IMG/VR virus record: IMGVR_UViG_3300046532_004322
Span: 17,329 to 81,328 of that record
Origin: a virus
Direction: 5' to 3' (one strand)
DNA: 64,000 nucleotides
The notes beneath the pieces are model-generated. The model was not told where the DNA came from and ran no database searches. It saw nothing but the letters and a program-made list of their open reading frames with translations. This document shows, piece by piece, positions 1-9,906 of the stretch (the first letter of the stretch is position 1; the number at the start of each line of letters is the position of its first letter). Both the position numbers and the translations under genes were made by a program.

Positions 1-1138
1 CTTCATTTACTGAATTCCAAAACATATTGGCTGGTATAAAATCTCCATGAATTAAATGAGTTGTTGTTTCAATTTTTCTACCAACTTTTTCAAAATCTTT
101 TAAAAAGCTTTTTACTTCAAAATCTTTACTCCTGGATTTTGTCTTTTCCAATATAAAATCAAAAGATGAATAGTTGTATTCGTATTTAATCATTTGCATA
201 TAGACATTTTTGCATGCGCCTAATATTTTATTCCATAAGTCAATACTTCTATCAAAAAATAAATACAATTCTCTCACAGAAGGGCTATTTATTTTCTGCA
301 TTACGTAACTAGATTCTTCGCTATACATATCATAATCTAATAATTTTGGCGTTCTCGATTTTAATATAGTTGGGATATTTTGATACCAATTTATTTCATC
401 TATTATCTTCTGGTTCTGTCGGGATTTTTTTACAACAGTGTTGTCTATAAATTGAATTGAATTGAAATCCCTGCCTTTTTTAATACCTTTGTTTTTAAAA
501 TATTTCTCCACGCTGCCAAAATCTAGAACTTGTAAATTTTTAGTTTTAAACTCACATCCCATCAATGTTAGGGCTGATGAAATAGTGTATTCTCCATTAA
601 TTTTTATGTCTTGTAATATTTGTTCGTTAATAGCGGAAGATAATTCTTTAGAGCTTGTTAAAAAATATACGCCTGTTAAAGCTTTATTTGTATCTGGCTG
701 TTCCTCGGGTTTTTCTAAAAAAGCATTTTTGCGAGGGTCAAACATACACCATCTAGACCAGTCTTTAACTTTAGATGTTGACACCCAATTAAACTCTTCC
801 TCGCCTGGGCTATCATGCACTATCATGTCGCCTAGCATTATCATTACAGATGTATCATCTTGTTTTTCTAATGCTGATTGAATAGAAATCGATAAACCTT
901 GATTATTTTTAGGAGCTATAATATTAACTGGTAGATTATAATCTTTTGCAACCTCTGAAATTTTTTCTTTTTGATGATTTGCGACAACATATATTTGTTC
1001 GCAACCCTGATCAATTAACCACTTTACATTGTATGCTAGCAAAGGCTTTTCTTGATAAGGTAATATGCATTTAGGGTATGCTTTGCCTAATTCAAAAAAT
1101 CTACTTCCAAGTCCTGCACAAGGCATTATACCTATCAT
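1..1138 (-). CDS. Sugar-phosphate nucleotidyltransferase fused to an APH/choline-kinase-like domain (runs off window start)
   Basis: Not in the ORF track. Manual translation from ATG 1138 gives MIGIMPCAGLGSRFFELGKAYPKCILP (NTP-transferase AGxGxR...PK motif). HLIHGDFIPAN near position 50 is a kinase HGD motif. ATGA overlap with the upstream gene. Confidence 0.75.
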   Translation of the reverse strand, partial: MIGIMPCAGLGSRFFELGKAYPKCILPYQEKPLLAYNVKWLIDQGCEQIYVVANHQKEKISEVAKDYNLPVNIIAPKNNQGLSISIQSALEKQDDTSVMIMLGDMIVHDSPGEEEFNWVSTSKVKDWSRWCMFDPRKNAFLEKPEEQPDTNKALTGVYFLTSSKELSSAINEQILQDIKINGEYTISSALTLMGCEFKTKNLQVLDFGSVEKYFKNKGIKKGRDFNSIQFIDNTVVKKSRQNQKIIDEINWYQNIPTILKSRTPKLLDYDMYSEESSYVMQKINSPSVRELYLFFDRSIDLWNKILGACKNVYMQMIKYEYNYSSFDFILEKTKSRSKDFEVKSFLKDFEKVGRKIETTTHLIHGDFIPANMFWNSVNE

Positions 1139-1527
1139 TCAACACCCCCTGTTATCGTATTGAAATTCTTAACAAACATTTCAGGCGTCATAGCTTTATC
1201 ATCTACGTACACCGCTGCCCATGTTTTACCTAGTATTAACTCATCATACGGTATTTGGTGTTTTTTGAGAGAGTGTTTTATTTCCTTCTCTACTTCCTTA
1301 GCCACATCCTCAATATTGTTATTACTCCTACCCATACCTCTAGCTGTATGTAGAACCACTCTCCAACCAAGCTGTTTTAGATTTTTTATCTTCTCGACAA
1401 CTGATTCAATTGGTTTGCTATTTGCATAATCTCTATCTTTTGTAGTTAATACAGTTTCGTCTATATCAAAAACGATTGTTTTGTCTGCACTGATATTATT
1501 TTTAATATTGACAGCCTCCAGGATCAA
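1135..1527 (-). CDS. HAD-family phosphatase (capsule-biosynthesis EcbF/BcbF-like)
   Basis: VFDIDETV motif I, LHTAR motif II, GK...YVDDKA motifs III/IV. Confidence 0.8.
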   Translation of the reverse strand: MILEAVNIKNNISADKTIVFDIDETVLTTKDRDYANSKPIESVVEKIKNLKQLGWRVVLHTARGMGRSNNNIEDVAKEVEKEIKHSLKKHQIPYDELILGKTWAAVYVDDKAMTPEMFVKNFNTITGGVE

Positions 1528-1924
1528 TTTTATTAAGTTGTCTATTAATTTTTTTCCAGAAGGATTCAGATTTTTTCCATCTTAATGTTATAACTAAGCT
1601 ATTTTCCAGGAACTCAAATTCATGAGGAGCATCTGGGCTCCAGTATATGTAATCCCCCTCTTCTTTCATAAAAAAATCTTCTTTACCGAAATTCATCCTT
1701 ATCTTACCATACACTATTATGGCAAGGGTTATGTCTTTTTTATTTAAAACTTTCTTAGGCTTGCGTAAAAGACCTTTTTTTTCTTTTTGAAACTTTAATT
1801 CAAAGTCTTTGGAGTTAAAGTTATTGTCCTCGACGAAAGATCCTATGATCCAGTCTTTGTATTGGTTTTTATGAGTAGAAAAGAAATGACCAGTTTTAAT
1901 TTTAGGGACAAGGGGGGTATTCAC
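1502..1924 (-). CDS. Cupin-fold protein (start uncertain; GTG 1924 or upstream)
   Basis: IIVYGKIRMNF...EGDYIYWSPDAPHEFEF cupin pattern. Confidence 0.6.
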   Translation of the reverse strand: MNTPLVPKIKTGHFFSTHKNQYKDWIIGSFVEDNNFNSKDFELKFQKEKKGLLRKPKKVLNKKDITLAIIVYGKIRMNFGKEDFFMKEEGDYIYWSPDAPHEFEFLENSLVITLRWKKSESFWKKINRQLNKIDPGGCQY

Positions 1925-2760
1925 AGTTATTGTTCGGGTCTCTTGATATAAATGATCCGTCAGGACATTGAAGTACGGCTGGGTCACAACCAGAGGCTGC
2001 CTCGGCAGTCTCTGTAGGGGTTAGGCTAGGAGTAACGGTCTCTGTGGGGGTTAGGCTAGGAGTAGCGGTCTCTGTGGGGGTTAGGCTAGGAGTAACGGTC
2101 TCTGTAGGGGTCGAGGATGGGGGTGAGGCCGATGCAGGGCCACCGTTTTCATAATGCCAGTCTTGGATAAGATTAACGGAATAAAGTTGTGAGTTTATAC
2201 ATGGATCATCAGTACAAAGAATTGACATTGATACATCCAAGGGGTAAATTTGCTCACTGGTAAAGCCCATTATCCATCCTATATAATCGTCTCTGTCATA
2301 AGTTAAGTCGTCATTGCAGTCAAAATAAAAAGTATCTCTATTGTCAAAGGAAGAGTTCGATAATAATTCAACATTAGTTACTTCTCCGCTGGCAGATTCC
2401 ACGACCTCAGAGAAGCTAACTGAGGCTATTGTATCGTCATCCACGAGGCGAAGAACAATTTGCGTGGGAGGGCCATTTTTGAACTTTATGGCAATGGGAC
2501 CATCTTTAATATCAAAAGACGACCAATCGCTTAAAGATAAATTATTGGAGTCGCCAACGGCACCTTCAGAAACAAAGCTATAATCAATAGTCTCGGTTTC
2601 GGCATTAAAGAAAACGGTAAAAGAACCAACTCCGTCTAGAATGAAAGTCCCACCAGGATTTACGCCGCTTAGAGCTTGGGATATTTCCGTTAATTGAGTA
2701 ATTGGGCTATTAGAGAAAAAGCCCGTAGGTAAAAGAGGGAGGGTTAGATCATTTAAAAGT
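1902..2760 (-). CDS. Thr/Pro-repeat protein with C-terminal CxxxxxxCPDGS..R..C...CP motif; probably the C-terminal part of a frameshifted gene starting at 3202
   Basis: The frame of ORF 1902..2444 stays open upstream to about 2771 with no ATG/GTG/TTG and abuts an A9 run. Confidence 0.6.
2008..2110. repeat. 30-bp coding tandem repeat, about 3.3 copies (TPSLTPTET[VA])
   Basis: gtctctgtRggggttaggctaggagtaRcg repeated. Confidence 0.9.
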
Positions 2761-3202
2761 TTTTTTTTATATCACTGCACTTGACATACTTGATGCCAAA
2801 ATCACAGCTTTCATATAATACTCCATACTTTTTTAAATGAGGTCTGTATATCGGGGTGTGACTTTCGTTAATTGTGAAGTCACCTTTTCCAGTAAGCTTT
2901 ACTCTCGTATAAGCAAAATTATATATTTCTTTATAATGAAACGTTTCAGAAAGAGAAGCTTGGACGTCAGCATAAAAAATCGTTATCCAGTTAGCGCCCA
3001 CAGAAGGGTCGCCGTTGGTTACTTGAACGGAAACGGAGCAGCTTAATGGAGATGTATCACTAACTATGAAGTGATACGAATGAGTATTATACAAATGTAT
3101 TGGTATATACTCGGTATAATTAACCCCTGAAGAACTAGCTTCAAGAATTGATTGGGAAAAAATTTCTGCTCCCCGCGACTGAGTTATTTCAGAATAAGAC
3201 AT
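2753..3202 (-). CDS. Hypothetical protein (N-terminal part of putative frameshift fusion)
   Basis: ORF track; ends ATA AAA AAA AAC TTT TAA. Confidence 0.65.
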   Translation of the reverse strand: MSYSEITQSRGAEIFSQSILEASSSGVNYTEYIPIHLYNTHSYHFIVSDTSPLSCSVSVQVTNGDPSVGANWITIFYADVQASLSETFHYKEIYNFAYTRVKLTGKGDFTINESHTPIYRPHLKKYGVLYESCDFGIKYVKCSDIKKNF

Positions 3203-3259
3203 TAAGTGTAATTATGCTTTACGAACATAAGTTACACATCTTTACACTAAAAATCTTAA

Positions 3260-4201
3260 TTATTTTCTAGAGTCAGCCTCAAGCTTGTTTTTTAAATACC
3301 ATTCAATAGTTAACTTCAGGCCAACTTCAAAAGAGACTGGCTTGAAATCTGGGAATTTTCTCCTCATTCTTTCTACATCGAGAACTTTCCTGGGGACGCC
3401 ATTGGGCTTTGACGAGTCCCAAGTTAAGGCTCCTTCGTATTTTATATATTTTGAAACAAGTTCAGCAAGCTCAAGTATGGTGGTTCCTTGACCAGTGCCA
3501 ATATTTATTGGTTCTAAATCATGCTCTAGCTCAACAGATCTAACTATGGCTTCAGCCGCATCTTTCACATATAAAAATTCCCTAATTGGGCTTCCGTCCC
3601 CCCAGTTGATTGTAAATGGGCTACCCTTTTCCTTCTCATCGGAAAATCTTTTTATTAAGGCAGCAACGACATGAGATCGATATTCGGTAAAAACGTCGTT
3701 TTCTCCATATAGATTAGTTAAACAAAGATGGTTTCCTTCGATGCCATATTGTTTATGGTAAGACTGTTGGGCAATTAACTGTATCTTTTTTGAGGAACCA
3801 TATCCAATAACGGATTCATGCATGGGGCCGCTCCAGAAGTCTTCTTCCTTCATGAAGCCTGCGACATCTCCAGGGTATGCACAGGCAGAACCAACTGAAA
3901 CTATTTTTTTTACGGAATTATGAGCCGCAGCTTCAAAAAGATTGGTTGTCATTAATGTATTTCTATTAAAAAGATTAGCTGGCTCTTCCGTATTAATCTT
4001 TAATCCTCCATAGTAAGCCGCAGAATGAATTATAACCGAAGGCCTGTATTTCTCTAGATATTTGTAGGTAGAGAAATAATCGTATAGATTACATTCGGAG
4101 CTAGACGGGGATATTATTGTCTCATATTTTTCCGAACACTTGGAAACTATTTGTCGCCCAAGAAACCCAGATCCCCCCGTTATCATTATTTTATCATACA
4201 T
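3260..4201 (-). CDS. fcl: GDP-L-fucose synthase
   Basis: GGSGFLG, SACAYP, YxxxK, NLYG, SHVVAALIKRF, WGDGSPIREFLYV; near gmd. Confidence 0.9.
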   Translation of the reverse strand: MYDKIMITGGSGFLGRQIVSKCSEKYETIISPSSSECNLYDYFSTYKYLEKYRPSVIIHSAAYYGGLKINTEEPANLFNRNTLMTTNLFEAAAHNSVKKIVSVGSACAYPGDVAGFMKEEDFWSGPMHESVIGYGSSKKIQLIAQQSYHKQYGIEGNHLCLTNLYGENDVFTEYRSHVVAALIKRFSDEKEKGSPFTINWGDGSPIREFLYVKDAAEAIVRSVELEHDLEPINIGTGQGTTILELAELVSKYIKYEGALTWDSSKPNGVPRKVLDVERMRRKFPDFKPVSFEVGLKLTIEWYLKNKLEADSRK

Positions 4202-5126
4202 TTTTATATTTACTCCTATTATCTAAGGCTGGAGAGGCATCAATTAATTCTTTAATACCCTGCTCGACGGTTTTTGAAATTGAAAATCCTGCATCATTGA
4301 TTTTTTTATAAGAAACCTCATAGTTTCTCTTGTCCTCGTCTTCGCCTATCTCTGCAAAGTGAAGATAGTAATCAACTTTATCTTTTATCATTAAAGCTAT
4401 CTCTTCTTTATTGTAATTATTGAAATCCCCGCCAACGTTAAATGTGTTATTTTTCATTGAGTCGTAATTTTCAATAGCATATACAATACTCTTTGCCATA
4501 TCGTCCACATGAATAAAAGTCCTCTTGAATGTTTTTTCAAACATGACGAGAAGCTTATTGTTTATAGCTTGATAAACAAAGTCATTAATCAATAAGTCAA
4601 GCCTCATTCTGGGGGATAGACCAAATGCAGTTGCAAATCGATAAGCAACCGCACCATTTTCATTTAAAAATATTTCTTCAGCTTCTGTTTTAGTTTTTCC
4701 ATATAAGCTGATTGGGTTAAGCGGAGTCTCCTCCGTACAAATTTCGTTTTCTATAATTCCATAATTAGATCCAGTCGAGGCATAAACAGTACCTTGATCT
4801 TTCGATAGCAATGAAGATATAAGTCTAGACGAATCCACGTTCACGGATTTAGCAAGATCAGGATTTTTCCTACAAGCAGGGAATCCTACTATTGCTGCTA
4901 AATGAATTACGAATTCAAAATTATGAACGAGGGGTTCCATAAAAGCCTTGTCCCTGGCGTCGCCTTTTATGAATTTAAATTTAGAATTTTTAAAATGATG
5001 TATTAATGTGTGACCATTATCATACATTAAGTTATCTACGACACAAACCTTATACCCTTTATCGAGAAGTTGTGGAACTAAAACGGAGCCTACATATCCA
5101 GCGCCCCCTGTAACCAATATCTTCAT
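4194..5126 (-). CDS. NAD-dependent nucleotide-sugar epimerase/dehydratase
   Basis: TGGAGYVGS, HLAAIVG, YGKTK; extended SDR. Confidence 0.9.
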   Translation of the reverse strand: MKILVTGGAGYVGSVLVPQLLDKGYKVCVVDNLMYDNGHTLIHHFKNSKFKFIKGDARDKAFMEPLVHNFEFVIHLAAIVGFPACRKNPDLAKSVNVDSSRLISSLLSKDQGTVYASTGSNYGIIENEICTEETPLNPISLYGKTKTEAEEIFLNENGAVAYRFATAFGLSPRMRLDLLINDFVYQAINNKLLVMFEKTFKRTFIHVDDMAKSIVYAIENYDSMKNNTFNVGGDFNNYNKEEIALMIKDKVDYYLHFAEIGEDEDKRNYEVSYKKINDAGFSISKTVEQGIKELIDASPALDNRSKYKNV

Positions 5127-6148
5127 AATAAATTGTAATCGTGATTATACATTTTTTCTACCAAGCCCATAAAAGAACATTTTGGATTCCAGCCTAATTC
5201 ACTAATTGCTAATGCAGGGTTTCCTTGTAATAAATTTACTTCTGCTGGTCTATAATATTCAGGATTGACTTTTACTAAAACATTATCTCTGTCGTCAGTA
5301 AATTTCTCATCAACATCCTTTCCATGAGAAGAAACTGTTATTCCTGCAACCTGAAAACATGTAGTTATAAAATCCCTAACAGTATTGACTTCTCCACTTG
5401 ATAAGACATACTCTTGGGGATGCTCTTGGTTAAGCATAAGCCAAATGCCTTCGATGAAATCTTCAGCATCACTCCAGTCTCTCTCTGCATTCATATTTCC
5501 AACTTCAAGTGGGATTATTTCAGTGCCATTCTCTATTGATTTTTTAATTTTCGCAATTGTTGATGTTATTTTTCTAGTAACAAATTCATAACCTCTCCTT
5601 GTACCTTCGTGATTAAACAGGAAGCCTTGAATTGCATAAATTCCATAAGACTCCCTGTATACCTTAACTAGGTGCCTTGCTGATGCTTTTGATGCACCGT
5701 AAGGGCTTCTTGGTCTAAGAGGATGCTTTTCATCTTGAGGTGAATAAATAACATCACCAAATTCTTCAGAAGACCCTGCATTATAAAATCTACATTTAGG
5801 ATGATGCGTTCTAATGGATTCAAGTATATCTAAAACTGAAGTAGAATTAACTTCGAAAGTTTGCTTTGGAAAGTCCCAACTAGAACCAACAAAACTTTGG
5901 GCGGCGAAATTAATAAAATAATCTGGTTTGTATTTTAAGATGGATTGTTCTATGCTATGAGAATCAGATAGGTCAATATTTACAAGTTTAAAACGATTGC
6001 TATTAATATGATTAATGTTAACATGATTTGTAACACTAAGTCTTCTTACCCCTCCATAAATTTTATAATCAGTATTATTGAGAAGATAGTCTACCATGAA
6101 ACTTCCATCTTGGCCTGAAATTCCAGTCGTTATTATAGTTTTATTCAT
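5123..6148 (-). CDS. gmd: GDP-mannose 4,6-dehydratase
   Basis: TGISGQDGS, AAQSFV, SSEEFG, PRSPYGASK, FNHEG.RRG.EFVTRKIT, YYRPAEV. Confidence 0.95.
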   Translation of the reverse strand: MNKTIITTGISGQDGSFMVDYLLNNTDYKIYGGVRRLSVTNHVNINHINSNRFKLVNIDLSDSHSIEQSILKYKPDYFINFAAQSFVGSSWDFPKQTFEVNSTSVLDILESIRTHHPKCRFYNAGSSEEFGDVIYSPQDEKHPLRPRSPYGASKASARHLVKVYRESYGIYAIQGFLFNHEGTRRGYEFVTRKITSTIAKIKKSIENGTEIIPLEVGNMNAERDWSDAEDFIEGIWLMLNQEHPQEYVLSSGEVNTVRDFITTCFQVAGITVSSHGKDVDEKFTDDRDNVLVKVNPEYYRPAEVNLLQGNPALAISELGWNPKCSFMGLVEKMYNHDYNLL

Positions 6149-6180
6149 ACATAAGCATGTTAAAGATTAAATTGGAAAAA

Positions 6181-6957
6181 TCAACAAATAGAAGCTTTAA
6201 AATAATTATCTTTTATTTTTTCTAGTTTCCATTTTTTTTTAACATCAGATTTAAGCCAAGGATCTCTTTTGCAAAACAGCCTATTTGATTCTATTTTATG
6301 AGATAAAGCTTTGTTAATGTTTTTATATTCAACGTTTCCGAATTCTTGTTGGTTTACTATTCTTTCTAGGTCTTCGTTTGGTATATGATAAATATCTTTA
6401 GGCTTTATATATTTCCGCTTAACTCCTGAATTACTCATGCGATTATAAAGATCGTCATCATCAAATCCGTAGGATACTATTCTTTCGTTGTATCCATTTA
6501 TGTTATCAAAGGCTTGTCGAAAAAAATATACCTGACCGTTAAGGTGGTTTTCATTTTCGTTTCTTGCGAGCTTCCAAGACCCTCTAAAGAAACTATTTGA
6601 ACTAAGCCGATAAAGATCTAAGAAATTGGAAGGAAGGATTATGTCGGAATCAAGCTTTAGAACCTTGTCGAAAGTGGTTTGTGAAACGGCAAGATTGTAA
6701 GCCCATGACAATACCCACCTGAACATTTTGTCAACTCTAATGAGCTTAATTCTAGAATCATTCAAAAGCTCAATATTTTTAATTAAGGGCTTTTGAGAAG
6801 ACCAATCGACAATTATTATTTCATCTATGTTTTCGACTTTTAACCAATATCTTAAGGAGGATAGTAAATTTCTGTTTCTATCCATGCAACAGCATGCAAT
6901 TGACGTCCCTTCCTTACTGGCAGCTTTCACAAGAATCGCCGCTTTTAGAAGCTTCAA
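6181..6957 (-). CDS. Glycosyltransferase (GT2/GT7-like); start uncertain, overlaps nrdA end
   Basis: IIIVDWSS, LKLDSD (DxD), GYNERIVSYGFDDDDLYNRM GT7-C-like motif. Confidence 0.85.
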   Translation of the reverse strand: MKLLKAAILVKAASKEGTSIACCCMDRNRNLLSSLRYWLKVENIDEIIIVDWSSQKPLIKNIELLNDSRIKLIRVDKMFRWVLSWAYNLAVSQTTFDKVLKLDSDIILPSNFLDLYRLSSNSFFRGSWKLARNENENHLNGQVYFFRQAFDNINGYNERIVSYGFDDDDLYNRMSNSGVKRKYIKPKDIYHIPNEDLERIVNQQEFGNVEYKNINKALSHKIESNRLFCKRDPWLKSDVKKKWKLEKIKDNYFKASIC

Positions 6958-9352
6958 TACTGCAAGTTTTTACTTCTTCGGTATCTGATTTTTCAATTTT
7001 AGTTGCAGCCCTATTTCTTAAATAGTAGGTGGTTTTCAACCCATGATCCCAGCAGCTCATGTAAATATCATTTAAATACTTTAAGGATGTTCCTTTGTTA
7101 TAAAGATTAAAGCTAATAGATTGATCGATCCATTTCTGCCTAATGGAATTACATTCAATAAGTTTAAACATGTCTCTATCGAAAGCGGTTTTATATTTTT
7201 CTTTTAAGTCTTCGGGCAGATTTCCATTGAGAAGGGATAGATCTCCGTCCACGCTTTTTATCATGGCGGGCATTTCAGGAGTCCAGAGATCCCTGTCTTT
7301 CATGTCTTTTATAAAGTGCTCATTAGTTATATAGAAATTGCCGCTCTTGTTTTCATAAACAAACAGAACAGAAAAGTTAGGCTCAATGCTTTGCTCTACT
7401 CCATTGATGTAGCCAATAGTAGCGGTAGGGGCAATAGCCATAACGTTCGAGTTTCTCATTCCAAATTCACCAACATGAATTCTTACTTTTTCCCATTCTT
7501 TAAGGGTTTGTCCATGGCCAGTCAAAGGCTTCCCCGTGACAGAAGATTCGGGTGCTTTCCGCTTACCTTTATAAACCATTAGGTTGTTATAAGAGTCTAT
7601 AGGGAATACCCCTTCACTCCATAATGAACCATTATAAGTCTCGTAAGAACCTCTTTCCTGAGCCAACAAAGAACTGGCGTAAATTGCGTGGCAAGAATAA
7701 AATTCAAAAATCTTATCGTTAAAAGCTAATGCTTTATCGCTATCGATCTGAATGTTTAGTTTATGAAGGATATCGTGAAAGGCCATTACCCCTAATCCTA
7801 TAGGCCTATTTCTTAAGTTCGACTTTTCAGCCTCCTTTGTTGGGTAGAAATTTAAATCTATAACATTATCCAGCATTCTAATTGCGGTATAAATGGTATT
7901 TTTAAATTTTTCATAATCTATATCGTCTCCAGATTCATTTAAATGATTTAAGAGGTTTATGGATCCAAGATTACAAACAGCCGTCTCACCTATTTCCGTT
8001 TTTTCTCCTTGTGAGTATTTTGAAGCTTTTGTATGTAGGGTAATTTCAGTGCAAAGATTAGAGCTGTGAACTATTCCCTCATGTTGGTTTGTGTATCGAA
8101 TATTACAAGGGTCTTTAAATGTATTCCAGGGGTGAGACGTTTCAAAAAGAACCTTGAGCATTTTTTTCCAAAGTTCTTTGGCGGGCATTTTTTTCCAATT
8201 GGGTACATGACCGTTTTCGGCTAAATCAATTAAGGCATTGTATCTTTGGTCAAACTCCTCGCCGAAGCAATCATGAAGGTCTGTCTCTGCTGGATTAAAG
8301 AAATACCAATCTTTTTCATCCTTAACTCTCCTCATGAATTCATCGGGAATCCATGAGGCGGTGTTCATGTCGTGACATCGTAATCTGTCGTCTCCAGTAT
8401 TCCTTCTTAAATTAAGAAAGCTTTCGTAATCTAAGTGCCAAGGCTCTAGATAAGCGCACCCAGCGCCAGGTCTTTTACCTCCTTGGTTGACGGCAATTAA
8501 TAAATCATTATATATTTTAAGCCAAGGAACAAGTCCACTAGATATACCATTAGTGCCTTTTATGTATGAACCCGTAGACCTAAAGGGGGTAACGTCTAGA
8601 CCTAACCCTCCTGCGAATTTTGATTTTCTAGCTTCTTGCCAAGCTCCGTCAAAGATCCCGTCGATACTGTCATCGAAAGTATTTAAATAGCAAGAGCTTA
8701 ATTGAGAATGGGTAGTTCCGCTATTGAATAGAGTTGGAGTAGATGGAGTATAATGAAGCCGACTCATTATATCGTAAAATTCAATAGCCTTTTCCTCTTT
8801 GTCCTTTTCGTTTTTAGCCAAACCCATTGCAACCCTCATCCAAAAGCATTGAGGAGCCTCCATTACGTTGCCTTCGTGTTTTATAAAGTATCTGTCAGAT
8901 AATATTTGTATTCCGAGATACTTGAATAACTTATCATTTCTTATTCTTAAACTCTCGGAAAGTTTAGTTAAGTCATAATCAAGAAGATCTTTATTTAAAA
9001 AATCCAACTTAACCATCTTCTTTATGTTTTGGATGAAGCTCTTTCTATACTGGAGATCAAAGGCATCAGAATCCACCCCTTCGTTGAATACCTCTTTGTA
9101 TAAACAATTCAGCAACATTCTTGCAGCAGCATAAGAATAATTCGGTTCCTTAGATATCTTTTCTCTTGAAGATAGTATTAGAGCTTGATCTATTTCGGAT
9201 GTCGTAATTTTATTGAACAATTGTAGCTGGGCATCCAAGACCACTTCACTGGCAGAAACATTTTCGATCCCCTCGCATGCCCTTTCTGCACAAAAATTAA
9301 TCTTATCAACCTTAAACTCCTCTAATCTTCCGTTTCTCTTCTTAACTTGCAT
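6914..9352 (-). CDS. nrdA: Class I ribonucleoside-diphosphate reductase alpha subunit with N-terminal ATP cone
   Basis: VKKRNG ATP cone, PSTPTLFNSG, QLSSCY, SNLCTEI, AVCNLGS, APTATI, LKTTYYLR, C-terminal CESCQ. Confidence 0.96.
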   Translation of the reverse strand: MQVKKRNGRLEEFKVDKINFCAERACEGIENVSASEVVLDAQLQLFNKITTSEIDQALILSSREKISKEPNYSYAAARMLLNCLYKEVFNEGVDSDAFDLQYRKSFIQNIKKMVKLDFLNKDLLDYDLTKLSESLRIRNDKLFKYLGIQILSDRYFIKHEGNVMEAPQCFWMRVAMGLAKNEKDKEEKAIEFYDIMSRLHYTPSTPTLFNSGTTHSQLSSCYLNTFDDSIDGIFDGAWQEARKSKFAGGLGLDVTPFRSTGSYIKGTNGISSGLVPWLKIYNDLLIAVNQGGKRPGAGCAYLEPWHLDYESFLNLRRNTGDDRLRCHDMNTASWIPDEFMRRVKDEKDWYFFNPAETDLHDCFGEEFDQRYNALIDLAENGHVPNWKKMPAKELWKKMLKVLFETSHPWNTFKDPCNIRYTNQHEGIVHSSNLCTEITLHTKASKYSQGEKTEIGETAVCNLGSINLLNHLNESGDDIDYEKFKNTIYTAIRMLDNVIDLNFYPTKEAEKSNLRNRPIGLGVMAFHDILHKLNIQIDSDKALAFNDKIFEFYSCHAIYASSLLAQERGSYETYNGSLWSEGVFPIDSYNNLMVYKGKRKAPESSVTGKPLTGHGQTLKEWEKVRIHVGEFGMRNSNVMAIAPTATIGYINGVEQSIEPNFSVLFVYENKSGNFYITNEHFIKDMKDRDLWTPEMPAMIKSVDGDLSLLNGNLPEDLKEKYKTAFDRDMFKLIECNSIRQKWIDQSISFNLYNKGTSLKYLNDIYMSCWDHGLKTTYYLRNRAATKIEKSDTEEVKTCSIEASKSGDSCESCQ

Positions 9353-9425
9353 TTTTTTATTATTAGGGTACGCTTTATATCATACAGTATTTTACTATTT
9401 AAATCAAGGACTAATTTCAAAAAAG

Positions 9426-9434
9426 TTATTCACA
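9426..9434 (+). promoter_or_regulatory. DnaA-box-like 9-mer TTATTCACA
   Basis: Matches TTWTNCACA; lies upstream of nrdA next to an AT-rich tract. Confidence 0.4.
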
Positions 9435-9445
9435 TAAAAAACTAC

Positions 9446-9473
9446 TTGACATTTTTTTCTTTTTAGATATAAT
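9446..9473 (+). promoter_or_regulatory. sigma70-type promoter
   Basis: TTGACA-16 bp-TATAAT. Confidence 0.65.
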
Positions 9474-9555
9474 ATCACTATTGATATATTAATATATATA
9501 TATTACTATTGATATATTATATATAATAATCTATATAGTTATATATATAATTTTA
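9474..9555. repeat. Extremely AT-rich tract with direct repeat ACTATTGATATATTA x2 and (TA)n runs
   Basis: Seen directly between divergent transcription units. Confidence 0.7.
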
Positions 9556-9572
9556 AAAAAACAAAAATTGAC

Positions 9573-9601
9573 TTGACCTTTTGGGAATTATTTGATATAA
9601 T
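9573..9601 (+). promoter_or_regulatory. sigma70-type promoter
   Basis: TTGACC-17 bp-TATAAT with TG extension, 11 nt before ATG 9613. Confidence 0.75.
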
Positions 9602-9612
9602 GCCCAAATATT

Positions 9613-9906
9613 ATGATTAAATTAAGAGAAAGCGATATAAAACAAACTTATTTTATAACCTCTGCAGACTGGGAATCTGTGGTTGAGTCTACATCGTTCG
9701 ATAACGCAGTATCTTCATCCCTCGAAGAAGCCTTTAATATCATTGGTGAAGATTTAAACCTATCTACTGCTATTATAGTAGTAGATATGACTAACTTCTG
9801 TTTGAATTTTAATGAAACTCACACAAAGGTGTTTTCGACTCCAGAAGTTTTAGCTAATATCGGTAAGCATAACCTAGCAAAGACATTTAAAAATATGAAT
9901 CAATGA
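9613..9906 (+). CDS. Hypothetical protein
   Basis: ORF after promoter, ATGA overlap with next gene. Confidence 0.7.
   Translation: MIKLRESDIKQTYFITSADWESVVESTSFDNAVSSSLEEAFNIIGEDLNLSTAIIVVDMTNFCLNFNETHTKVFSTPEVLANIGKHNLAKTFKNMNQ

Noticed and set aside
6914-9352. Intein/intron in nrdA, or significance of missing nrdB
   Set aside because: Length is normal with no splicing motifs; nrdB may lie outside the window
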